DNA of 64,000 bases from Rhynchopus sp. YZ270_cl-10 (taxonomy: Eukaryota): contig OZ037836.1 of the NCBI GenBank assembly GCA_964035575.1, positions 434,001-498,000 on the forward strand. The letters are read 5' to 3'. This document shows, in pieces, positions 11,158 to 20,631 of this stretch (positions are counted from its first letter, which is position 1; each line of letters starts with the position of its first letter). The notes below the pieces were generated by a model. That model saw nothing but the letters and a program-made list of their open reading frames with translations, ran no database searches and had not been told where the DNA came from. Position numbers and translations under genes: made by a program.

Positions 11158-12258
11158 TCACATGCACACACATTTGCGCTTTGTCTTCTGCACGACGTCG
11201 CTTGTCTCATCGTCCATGAGGATACGGCTGTGCACATGTTCTGACACAACACTGCTCGATCCGGTGATGTTGATGCTGCTTGTGGGTATTTCGCATCCAT
11301 ACAGGAAGCTTGGCCCAATGTGCTGAACGGTCGTCCACCCAGATAAGTCAAGTGTTTTCAATGCGCTGCAGTTGATGAGAAAAGAGTTCCCAAGCTGCGT
11401 CACATTGTTCCACCCAGACACATCCAGTGTTGTCAATGAGATGCAGTTGGAGAGAAAGGACTCATCAACCCGCATCACATTACTCCACCCAGTCATGTTA
11501 AGGGTTTGCAATGCTACGCAGTACGAGAGAAAGGACTTTCCCAGCTGCGTCACATTATTCCACCCAGAAATATCCAGTGTGGTCAATGAGATGCAGTTGG
11601 AGAGAAAGTAGTTATCAACCCGCGTCACATTGTTCCACCCAGATAAGTCAATGGTTTGCAACGCAGTGCAGCTGTAGAGAAAGTAGTCCCCTGTTTGCGT
11701 TACCTTGTTCCACCCAGATAAGTCAAGGGTTTGCAATGCAGAGCAGCTGGCGAGGACGGAACCCTTCAGGAGTGTAACATTGCTCCACCCAGATAGATCA
11801 GCAGTGTGCAGTGCGGTGCAGCTTTGGAGGAAACCTCCTTCTATTTGAGTCACACCTGGCACACCACTGAGATCAAGTTCTTCGAACGTGCCACCGTCCA
11901 AGAATCTAGAGGGGATCTCAGTAACAGCTTCTGCCTGCAGAAACAAATGAATCAGCTTGGGATCCGCCAGACCTGCGAACTTCTCTCGCGTCAGCCTTGT
12001 CTCACCCAAGTCACGAAGAGCTGCAATGGCGTCGTCCTTCTGCGACTTCATCTTCGTCAGCACAACTGTGTCCCCAGCACTCAGCTGCGTGATGTAGTCT
12101 CCTGCGGCCAGGAGCTTCTCTCCTAAGCTCATGTCAAAGCCGTCTTCGCACAACTCTGCTGCAGACGCCACCTTCCGCCGTATGTCCGCAGTTGTATCAT
12201 CCACACCCACCTCGACTGTGTACTTCTCTCCGTCAAAGCTCTCCACACATATTTCCAT
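11158..12258 (-). CDS. Ubl-LRR-CaaX protein, copy C (366 aa, 8 LRRs, ends KTKRKCVCM)
   Basis: ATG of MEICV at 12258; intact ORF. Confidence 0.9.
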   Translation of the reverse strand: MEICVESFDGEKYTVEVGVDDTTADIRRKVASAAELCEDGFDMSLGEKLLAAGDYITQLSAGDTVVLTKMKSQKDDAIAALRDLGETRLTREKFAGLADPKLIHLFLQAEAVTEIPSRFLDGGTFEELDLSGVPGVTQIEGGFLQSCTALHTADLSGWSNVTLLKGSVLASCSALQTLDLSGWNKVTQTGDYFLYSCTALQTIDLSGWNNVTRVDNYFLSNCISLTTLDISGWNNVTQLGKSFLSYCVALQTLNMTGWSNVMRVDESFLSNCISLTTLDVSGWNNVTQLGNSFLINCSALKTLDLSGWTTVQHIGPSFLYGCEIPTSSINITGSSSVVSEHVHSRILMDDETSDVVQKTKRKCVCM

Positions 12259-12759
12259 GGTTTTGTGTCTCTCTGTTTTGTGCAAGGTGTTTTGGGGGTA
12301 AGAAGAAGAATCAAGCACAGGACACGTTCATCAGTCACGTTGCTCGAAACTCCTGCTGATGCCCTTGCAACGTGAAGTGTGTTGCGTACTGGCTGTGGCT
12401 GTGTGTGGTGTGCAAGAGACAACAACAATTACAAAAGGGAGAGGTCTTTTGTTTTAATGGTGTGGCACGCCCCAAAAAAAAAGTCATATTTGTGTAGTTC
12501 TTATGTAGTGCTTATGTATTGTAAAAAGGGGGGGGGTAAAAAATTTTTTCCCACCCATTGTGTTAGAGCAGGCCTGACGCTAAACAGCTAAAAAAATAGC
12601 ACTTTCGGGCTTGGAATTCCGGTTTTTTTACGGGTTTTTCTACACAGGAATCAGACATTTTTCGACCTTGGTCCATGGCTGGTGGTGAAAATCATGATTT
12701 TTTTTTGCCCACGATACGTTTCGAACATACGCGCTGCGCGCGAAAAAGGTCCTCATAAG

Positions 12760-13120
12760 CTCAATTCCGGAAACAAATACGGGGGAAGCGAAGTCTTCCA
12801 ACTCCTCCGCCCTCCGTTTTCTCTTGAACCTGTGACGCTTGTCGCTGAGAAACAGGACAACAGCGTGTTCAAGAATATTCCCCATCTCTTCGGTATTAAA
12901 CTCGGGTGCCTGTTCATGAAGAATCATCAGCTTCTCAATAGTGCTGTGAGAATGGCGGTGGCGTCTCTTTGCGTAGATGTGGTCCAGGAGAGAGAATCCT
13001 CGTTCAACAACAACAACGAAGACGGGAGTGCAACGACCACAGCCTCCAAAACCCGTGCGAGAGTATCCCATTTTCCGACTTGCAATGTTCAAGAGCAAGA
13101 AGACTTCGAGAAAACTGCGT
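12760..13120 (-). pseudogene. hAT transposase C-terminal dimerization domain remnant
   Basis: TPVFVVVVERGFSLLDHIYAKRRHRHSHSTIEKLMIL resembles the hAT P.s...ER.FS....i....R..l....le.L motif. Related segments at ~20715-20880 and ~27375-27540. Confidence 0.65.
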
Positions 13121-13931
13121 TCTGGCGAAGCCACGGTACGCAACATTTCAAAAAATTGCGCTTAAAAATGCACTTTGTTTTACAGCCAAGCTATGTCATG
13201 GGGAGGGTGGAATGCAAGCTTGCGCCGCAGGCGCACGGTACGCTACTTTTTTATTGCAGACAACAACGCAGTGTAACGCAGCGTAGCGCAGTGCAACGGA
13301 GTGGTTGTTAGGAAATAATACAAACCGTAAGGATCGGTCCTTTTTGGAATCGAAGGATGAAAATTGTGTGTTTAAATTCGATAGTCCCGTATTTGTTTCT
13401 CTCTCCCTTTCTCCCCAACCTCTGCTCCCCGACTCCAATTCAACCAACACTCACAGACGGGGCCAAAACGAACTCTGCGGAGGGTGTTCAAATTTCCCGT
13501 TTTTCCCTTTTCTCCCGTTTTTCCCTTTGTCTTTGCCATTTTTTTTTCCAAAAAAAAAAAAATTTTTTTTTTTTGACAAGGCAATTTTCAGGTGAAAAAA
13601 AATTTTTTTTTTCGAAAAATTTTTGGCCCCCTGGGGTGGGTCTTGGGGCACCGAAAAATGCCAAAAAACGCAAAAATCGGGTGTTTTGAGCATCTGTGGT
13701 TACACCATATACACGTCTCTGTACAAGCCTATACTATACCCAAAAGTGGCTAGGCAAGGCCGTGTTTGACCAAAAAAAAAAATTTTTTTTTTCAAAAAAA
13801 CCGAGTTTTCGTCACCTGTGGGTGGTCGTAGGATCGAAATTTGCGAAAATTTTTCACTTTTTTTTTTTGACCCAAAAAATTTTTTTTCGACAAGGCAACG
13901 GGAAAAATGACTAAGGGGAAAGGGGAAAAAA

Positions 13932-14119
13932 GGGAAAAACGGGAATTTGGAGGATCCCCTATTTTGAGGATCATTTTTTACAGTCACATTTTACCTTAGC
14001 AAAATCCGAAAAAAAAAATTTTTTTTTCGAAAAATTTTTGGCCCCCTGGGGTGGGTCTGGGGGCACCGAAAAATGCAAAAAAACGCAAAAATCGGGTGTT
14101 TTGAGCATCTGTGGTTACA
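13932..14119 (+). repeat. Left copy of the 188-bp direct repeat (putative TSD) flanking the retrotransposon
   Basis: Identical by eye to 18414-18601. Confidence 0.9.
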
Positions 14120-17100
14120 TCTAGCGGTGTGGTATCTGGATGACGGGACGCTGATGGGGTCTCCTCAAGGGGTCGCGGCTGCGTTCAAAGTGCTTCAGGA
14201 GGAGAGCCTGAGTTTGGGGCTGTCGGTGAACTCCAAAAAGTGCGAACTTATTCCCCTTGGGCTCTACCAACCAGACAGCTTCCTTAATGAGGCGGGATTT
14301 ACAGTGTCAGACCTGACGGTGATCCGGGACGGATTCAGCTTTCTGGGGGCCCCCATCGGCACCAATGAGTTCTGCGACAAGTTCATGGAGAAGAAGCTGC
14401 ACGAGTTTGCGTTGAATCTCCGCTTGCTGGGCAAGCTAGGAGACGCCCAGGTGGCCTTGTCTCTCCTGCGCCATTGTGAAGGCTTCTGCAAAGCGGTCTT
14501 CTACATGCGCGCTGTACGTCACCAAGGGGAGCACCTCTGGTTGAAGAAGTATGACAAGGAGGTGGACCGAGTGCTCGCGCAGATTCTGAGCTCGCCGGGG
14601 ACAGATCCCGACATATTGCTGCCGGACGCTGCCAGATTGCAGGCTGCCCTCCCCGTGCGCATGGGTGGCTTGGGGGTGCGCCGGTCGTACGACCACTGGA
14701 CGGCTGCCGCTATGGGAGCTGCTAGTGGCACCTACGCTCTGTGTAAGCACCTTGACAAGCACTATCGTTGGGATGCGGCGGGGTGGAGCCACACGGCCAC
14801 CAGGTACAACGAGTTGGTGGACGCCGATGCCCGCGTGGACACTGAAGAGCTTCCCCAGCAGATCCTCAAGCAGCGAGACCTCTCTGCCTCGATCATCGTG
14901 CGTCAGGTGGCCAATCTGCGTGATGAAGGTGACGTGCAAGACCGTGCCCGACTGAACTCGCTCCTGCTGCCCTTGGCCGGGGCGTGGATTACGGCATTAC
15001 CCCTCCCGGAGAATGTCATCAACCCCGAGGAGTTTCGAGCCGTGGTCCGCCTCAGACTGGGTCTTGTGGTGCACAGGGACAAATCACGATGCGAGCAATG
15101 TGGCCAGCCCATGGATGAATTCGGGGTACACGCCCTCAACTGCAAGCACGGGGGTTGCACGATTCGCAGACACAACCGGGTTCGAGATCTGGTGGGCATG
15201 TTGGGATCGAAGGCAGGCCTCGCTCCGGCCCTGGAACCAAAGCACATCGTCCTCGGAGGCACCAAACCGGCGGACATTTTCTTCTCCATCGGTATCGGTG
15301 ACGGCAGGCCTAGAGCGGTGGACTGCACGATCTGGAACCCTCTCGCCGCTTCTCATGTTCAGGAGGCGGCCCGAGCAGTGGGGCACGCAGCGGTCAAAGC
15401 TCAGTCGAAGAAACGGGGTAAACATGGTGACGCTTGCAGGAAGGCCCACATTTCCTTCTCAGCCTTTGCAGCCGAGGTCTTTGGGGGGCTAGGACCGGAG
15501 GCGGCTACACTGTGGCGACATTTGAACAAGATGGCGGCGGAGCGCGCGGATGGAGACAAGGTTCTGGCCTCGGTCAAGTGGAACGAACGCCTGGCTGTGG
15601 GTCTCCAACGGGAGGTGGGTGCCACGTTGCTGAAGAGGGGCGCTCTGTGCTTCAGCCTCGGGAACTCACGGGAGGCTTTGCCGGAAAAACTTGTTCCCCT
15701 CTCAAAAGACTACTACGCCCCGCCTGACACCCCTGATGACCGGTTCCCTTCCTACGTGGATGATCACCTGTACCGCTTAGCTGAAAACGATTGCGAAATC
15801 GTCGAGGAGCCCGCAGCCCCTGATCCCCCTTACGATGTTGATGAGGCCACAGTAGCAATGGAGGTGTGGTTACAGCGGCAGGCTGGCAAAGAGACCACCC
15901 ACCAGTCTTCTCTAGAAGTGACTCACGCTCCCTGTGATGACCCTGCAGCGGCCTTCCAGGCACAGTGTGCGTGCGACCCTCCTCCTGCTCTTGCGACGCA
16001 GCTGTCTGCCCTTGGATGCTCCGTCCCCGGGGACTTCCGCTACACTGTGGGTGACTGCTGCTTTGACGCTGTGGCGTACCAGTGCGAGAGGGACGCGGGG
16101 TCCTTGAGACTGTCTGCGATTGCACAGGTAGTCCAAGATGAGGACTTAGCGGCGCGTGCAGAGCCAAATGTCGCAGTATGGGCGAGTCGGATGCGCATCG
16201 CTGGGAGTCCGCGCCCGGACACCTGGGCTGACATGGTGACGGTTAACAGTCTTGCACGCGTTCTACATTCGGTTGTGGTGGTGTTCGTCGGTGGGCAACG
16301 GCCCACGGTCTTCACCCCCTCAGGCACTGTGGGCTACCGTCACGTGCTTGCGCTGGCCCACGACGGTCACGTAGCGGGCCACTTCACACCGGTCACCATC
16401 CCCGAGAAGCTGACGCAGTACCTCCTGATGCAAGAGCCGAACCCGCGCCTGCCGTCGCTCACATGTGTGTCTCGCGAGGCTCTGCTGGACTATCCTCAGG
16501 ACGAAACGAGGGCGGATTTCGGGCGATGCGAGTTGTGCTTGGCTGCTGTTCTTGGCAGTGAACGCCACTGGCAGTGTCGGGAGTGCGTGGGGTGGGCGTG
16601 CCTGTCGTGTCTTCCCCTAGGTTCAACTTGCCCTCGTGCCCTACCGGTCGCCAGCAACCCGCGCTCTGTGAAGAAGACGGAGCGCACGGTGACGACGGAC
16701 CCCAAGAGCAACAGCCTGGTGAAGGATCAGAAACAAGTCCGGGTGGCTAAGAGCACGGAGGCTGCGAAGATGAGGAGGGCACAGCTACACGACACCATGA
16801 GACAGGCACCATCGGACGTCAAGGGACAGGAGAGCGGCTACTCTACCACACAATCAGCCCTCCCTGCCGCCTCCGCGCCCTCGGTGCCCCACGTCGCGCA
16901 CGCTGTTCCCCAGCCTAACACCTCGCAAGCGCCCTCTGCTTCAGACGAGCCTCAGCAACATCAGACACCTACGGCGAGTGGCTACTCCAACACCAATTCA
17001 GCCCTCCCGTGCCCGAGCAATGTGATTTTCTGGAACGACTTGGCGCCCTGCCCTGGGTACAACAGGCCGATCCCAGCGACCCCAGAGGAGTGGCGGGTTT

Positions 17101-18377
17101 TGTTCTACCCCGTTGCCACTCACGCCGATCCCGAGGGCGCGTCTATGTCAGCTGCTAACGCTCTAGTGTGCTTCACTCGTTGGTGGGAGGCAATGAAGCC
17201 GAGTTTGAGTGGGGGGGACCAGCAGTGGGCTTCGATGCTTGGCGGCCGGCTCCGTAACCTTGCGAAGTCCGAAGCAGAGAGTGGCTACTCTAACACAGCA
17301 CCAGCCCTCCCTACTTCGTGTGCGCCCCACGTAGAGCAGACCCCTGTCCAACCTGGCACCTCGTCGCAGTCGCTTGCTGGATCGGCCGCGTCTCAGCAGC
17401 ATCAGGCACATACGGAGAGTGGCTATTCCAACACCCACTCAGCCCTCCCCGTACCCGCGCCTGTTGCAGCAGCTCCCTCAACCTCCAACACGAGAGTGCA
17501 GCCCCACGCTGTTCCGCCAACCGCTTCATCGCAGGTGCAGCCCACCAGGACACATACGGGGAGTGGCTATTCAAACACCACCCCAGCCCCCCCCGTATTC
17601 ACGTCCTCTGAGGCAGCTCACTCCCGCGCTGACACGAGTGAACAGCCACACGACGCCTCGCAAGGCAGTGCGTACTCCGCGGACCTCCTCGACAGGTCCC
17701 AACCCGCAGTTCCTTTGCCAGGCGCATCATCGGTCCCCAGCACAGACACAACATCGGAGAGTGGCTCCCAATCCGCACCACCAGCCCTCCCGAACTCTGT
17801 GCCGGTATGGAATGACATAGCGCCCTGCCCCGGGTTTGACTTGCCTACTCCAGAGACGGCCGAAGAGTGGGAGGGACTGTTCTATCCCAATACCACTCAT
17901 TTCAGCTCCCAAGGTGGGTACGGACTGACGGCAGCGGAGGCTTTCGAGTACTGTGGGCGGTGGAGGAATGCAGTGAAGCCGATGTTGAACCAGTGGGAGC
18001 TGAAGAAGTCGGCGGAGCTGTACAATCGCCTGCGGAGCCTTGTGCAGACGCGTCGTCGAAACGCCACATAGACACTAGAGTCACCATTTTTCTACTTTTC
18101 CTTTTTCGTTTCCCCCCCCCTCCCCCTTTTATAGACTAGAGTGTACAGCCAGGCCTGGCTAGACGTCGTTAACAGCTTTGAACCAAGGAGGTTCATCGTG
18201 TCGTCAGCCACGCCCCTAAACCAACAAAAGACTACAAACAAAAACAAACTTACAAGAGGCCGCCCCGTACCCCCTCCAGGCAAATAAAAAAGTAAAAGAA
18301 TGCCCTTCCTCAGTCCGGAAGTATCGCCTCAACCGGTCACCTGCCGTAAAAGAGAGAGAGGTTACAGAAAAAGCATG

Positions 18378-18413
<36 letters not shown>
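14120..18413 (+). mobile_element. 5'-truncated RLE-type (CRE/SLACS-like) non-LTR retrotransposon with poly(A) tail
   Basis: Begins just before YLDD (14133-14144). Contains the CCHC knuckle CEQC..HALNC, RHN, and the endonuclease motif KPAD..D..K..E. 3' UTR 18072-18377, A36 tail 18378-18413, and flanking 188-bp direct repeats. Confidence 0.92.
14121..18071 (+). CDS. Retrotransposon polyprotein, N-terminally truncated: RT C-terminal part, Zn knuckle, RLE, OTU-like protease, Zn finger, Ser/Pro/Gln-rich repeats
   Basis: Open frame 14073-18071; the first 16 codons come from flanking DNA. OTU-like motifs GDCCFDAVA...WAD...GHF at ~16020-16400. CELC..CREC..CLSC at ~16528-16610. Confidence 0.85.
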   Translation, partial: LAVWYLDDGTLMGSPQGVAAAFKVLQEESLSLGLSVNSKKCELIPLGLYQPDSFLNEAGFTVSDLTVIRDGFSFLGAPIGTNEFCDKFMEKKLHEFALNLRLLGKLGDAQVALSLLRHCEGFCKAVFYMRAVRHQGEHLWLKKYDKEVDRVLAQILSSPGTDPDILLPDAARLQAALPVRMGGLGVRRSYDHWTAAAMGAASGTYALCKHLDKHYRWDAAGWSHTATRYNELVDADARVDTEELPQQILKQRDLSASIIVRQVANLRDEGDVQDRARLNSLLLPLAGAWITALPLPENVINPEEFRAVVRLRLGLVVHRDKSRCEQCGQPMDEFGVHALNCKHGGCTIRRHNRVRDLVGMLGSKAGLAPALEPKHIVLGGTKPADIFFSIGIGDGRPRAVDCTIWNPLAASHVQEAARAVGHAAVKAQSKKRGKHGDACRKAHISFSAFAAEVFGGLGPEAATLWRHLNKMAAERADGDKVLASVKWNERLAVGLQREVGATLLKRGALCFSLGNSREALPEKLVPLSKDYYAPPDTPDDRFPSYVDDHLYRLAENDCEIVEEPAAPDPPYDVDEATVAMEVWLQRQAGKETTHQSSLEVTHAPCDDPAAAFQAQCACDPPPALATQLSALGCSVPGDFRYTVGDCCFDAVAYQCERDAGSLRLSAIAQVVQDEDLAARAEPNVAVWASRMRIAGSPRPDTWADMVTVNSLARVLHSVVVVFVGGQRPTVFTPSGTVGYRHVLALAHDGHVAGHFTPVTIPEKLTQYLLMQEPNPRLPSLTCVSREALLDYPQDETRADFGRCELCLAAVLGSERHWQCRECVGWACLSCLPLGSTCPRALPVASNPRSVKKTERTVTTDPKSNSLVKDQKQVRVAKSTEAAKMRRAQLHDTMRQAPSDVKGQESGYSTTQSALPAASAPSVPHVAHAVPQPNTSQAPSASDEPQQHQTPTASGYSNTNSALPCPSNVIFWNDLAPCPGYNRPIPATPEEWRVLFYPVATHADPEGASMSAANALVCFTRWWEAMKPSLSGGDQQWASMLGGRLRNLAKSEAESGYSNTAPALPTSCAPHVEQTPVQPGTSSQSLAGSAASQQHQAHTESGYSNTHSALPVPAPVAAAPSTSNTRVQPHAVPPTASSQVQPTRTHTGSGYSNTTPAPPVFTSSEAAHSRADTSEQPHDASQGSAYSADLLDRSQPAVPLPGASSVPSTDTTSESGSQSAPPALPNSVPVWNDIAPCPGFDLPTPETAEEWEGLFYPNTTHFSSQGGYGLTAAEAFEYCGRWRNAVKPMLNQWELKKSAELYNRLRSLVQTRRRNAT

Positions 18414-18416
<3 letters not shown>

Positions 18417-18601
18417 AAAAACGGGAATTTGGAGGATCCCCTATTTTGAGGATCATTTTTTACAGTCACATTTTACCTTAGCAAAATCCGAAAAAAAAAA
18501 TTTTTTTTTCGAAAAATTTTTGGCCCCCTGGGGTGGGTCTGGGGGCACCGAAAAATGCAAAAAAACGCAAAAATCGGGTGTTTTGAGCATCTGTGGTTAC
18601 A
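18414..18601 (+). repeat. Right copy of the 188-bp direct repeat (putative TSD)
   Basis: Starts immediately after the poly(A) and ends at ...CTGTGGTTACA, exactly as the left copy does. Confidence 0.9.
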
Positions 18602-18852
18602 CCATATACACGTCTCTGTACAAGCCTATGCTATAGGCAAGGCGCTGTTTGACCCAAAAAAAAATTTTTTTTTTTCAAAAAAACCGAGTTTTCGTCACCT
18701 GTGGGTGGTCGTAGGATCGAAATTTGTGAAAAATTTTCACTTTTTTTTTTTCATAGGGTGAAAACGATCGTTTTTTTTTTTTTTTTTTTTTTACGAATCT
18801 GGGAAAAAGTGATCGGTCTTTTTTTTTTTTTTTTTTTTTCACGATCGTGAAG

Positions 18853-19661
18853 CAGGCCTTTTGCTAACCATCATGCCATCATGCCACGTTTTTGGGCGTT
18901 TTTTATTTTTTTTTCCATCATGCCACCATCATGCCACGGGGGGTGGTGGGGCAGGGCTTTCGCTCTCCATCACCTGGGGATTTCCCCCCAGATGGCATGA
19001 TGGCATGATGGCATGATGGCATGATGGCATGATGGCATGATGGCATGATGGCATGATGGCATGATGGCATGATGGCATGATGGCATGATGGCATGATGGC
19101 ATGATGGCATGATGGCATGATGGCATGATGGCATGATGGCATGATGGCATGATGGCCTGAAAATATTTCTGCTCGCTGCGCTCGCGGAGGTATACCTAAA
19201 AAAAAAATTCCCGCTCGCTTCGCTCGCGCTGTACGCCTATTTTCTTCCTGCCTACGGTGCCATTTTACAATGTCTAAGGGGATTCCCTTGCATTTTGCAG
19301 CCAGAAATGAAACTTGACCCAAGCTGCAAAAATTTGACCATTGTTATTTCAAAATGACCCAACCGTTGCAACAGCCCCTGCTTCTGGAAGACGTAGTGAT
19401 TTTGTACGGTTAGTGTACGTAAGGCGCAAGACCAAGCACCGTTAAACAAGGATTAGATTCCGTTTTTTTTTTTTTTGTTATCTTGCAAAGCTGACCCTTC
19501 GCCTCTCCACCCTGTGGCTGTCAGGGAGGCGCGCGCGAAGCGCGCGACGACCGCTTTTACCAGGTGGGAAAGCTCGGAATGTACTTTTTTTCCAGGAAAT
19601 TATTTTTTTTTTGACCATCATGCCATTCCTGGGGAAAATCCCAAAGTTAGCAAAAGGCCTG
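18853..19661. mobile_element. Non-autonomous TIR element with a 9-bp TSD
   Basis: TIRs CAGGCCTTTTGCTAAC / GTTAGCAAAAGGCCTG, flanked on both sides by ATCGTGAAG. Confidence 0.85.
18991..19156. repeat. Tandem 8-mer (GATGGCAT) x ~20
   Basis: Directly visible; lies inside element 18853-19661. Confidence 0.97.
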
Positions 19662-20631
19662 ATCGTGAAGAAAAAAAAACCATCGATCGTTTTTTTTTTT
19701 TTTTTTTCTTCACGATCGTGAAAAAAAAGCACCTTTTTCTTCACGATCGTGAAGGAAAAAAAAAACGATCGTTTTTTTTTTCCCATATTATGTCGTTGAT
19801 CGCTGGCCCACACCAGGGAGGGAGCCCCCACAGGTGCCCACAACCCCCCTGAAATCGGCCGAGAGTAACTTTTAGCGGTGTTTTGACGTAAAATGTCACC
19901 TTTTTTGCCATTTTTGGGGTGTACTTTTCTGGAACAAAATTCGCAAAACCCGAAATACGAATCGTAAAAAATCGCGACATTCTATGACATGCGTATACCA
20001 TGAAGCAGCACGTCACGGCATGGCATGTAACATGCACATGTAATATCGCCAAAAACCTAGTCGTAGTAACATCATCACTGTGCAAACCCCTGTCCATCCA
20101 ATACAATTCACACTCTTTGTGGGTGGTCTTGCTGCCTTTTTGCCACAGTAATTTTTGGCCCGGCAGGCATGCTCTTGAAGCATGGCAATTTAGTGTGTAT
20201 GGGGCAGGGTGTTGTTTTGTTCTGAATTCCCTTTGTTACAATATCTATCCAATCGCGAGTGGTTGTATGTGTATCGTGAGACACTCTTTTTAACCCTTTA
20301 CGGACCAAGAGGACATTTATGCCCATTGTGGCGGGGGATGCGGCGTTCAACACCAGGCCAAGTTGGCCAAAAGCCCCAACTTTTGTACTGTCCAACCTCT
20401 GTACAATTACGGTATATTTCGTTGGCTGGTGGTCTGAAGAGTGATCTGACCATATTCTCCAGGTATAACAAATGCCCAAATAATGCATTGGCGAAGGAAT
20501 TTTGCACTTTTGACCATCACACATTACTTGTATTTTTACCGGTTTTTTAATGAGTACAACCTATGTCAGAGCACGCTGTCCCACAGATTTTAGAATTTGG
20601 GGGGGTCACGCAACAGGGATTACGCAGCTCC

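Noticed and set aside
14073..14119. ATG start of the 1332-aa ORF
   Set aside because: Lies in the duplicated flank. The element is 5'-truncated within RT, so this is a fortuitous in-frame start.
13900..14119. Spliced-leader RNA gene as the retroelement target
   Set aside because: No SL exon-like sequence recognised in the flanks or elsewhere. No tRNA or rRNA genes were recognised either.
18918..19322. (MPSCHHAI)n ORF
   Set aside because: Translation of the 8-bp satellite inside a MITE.
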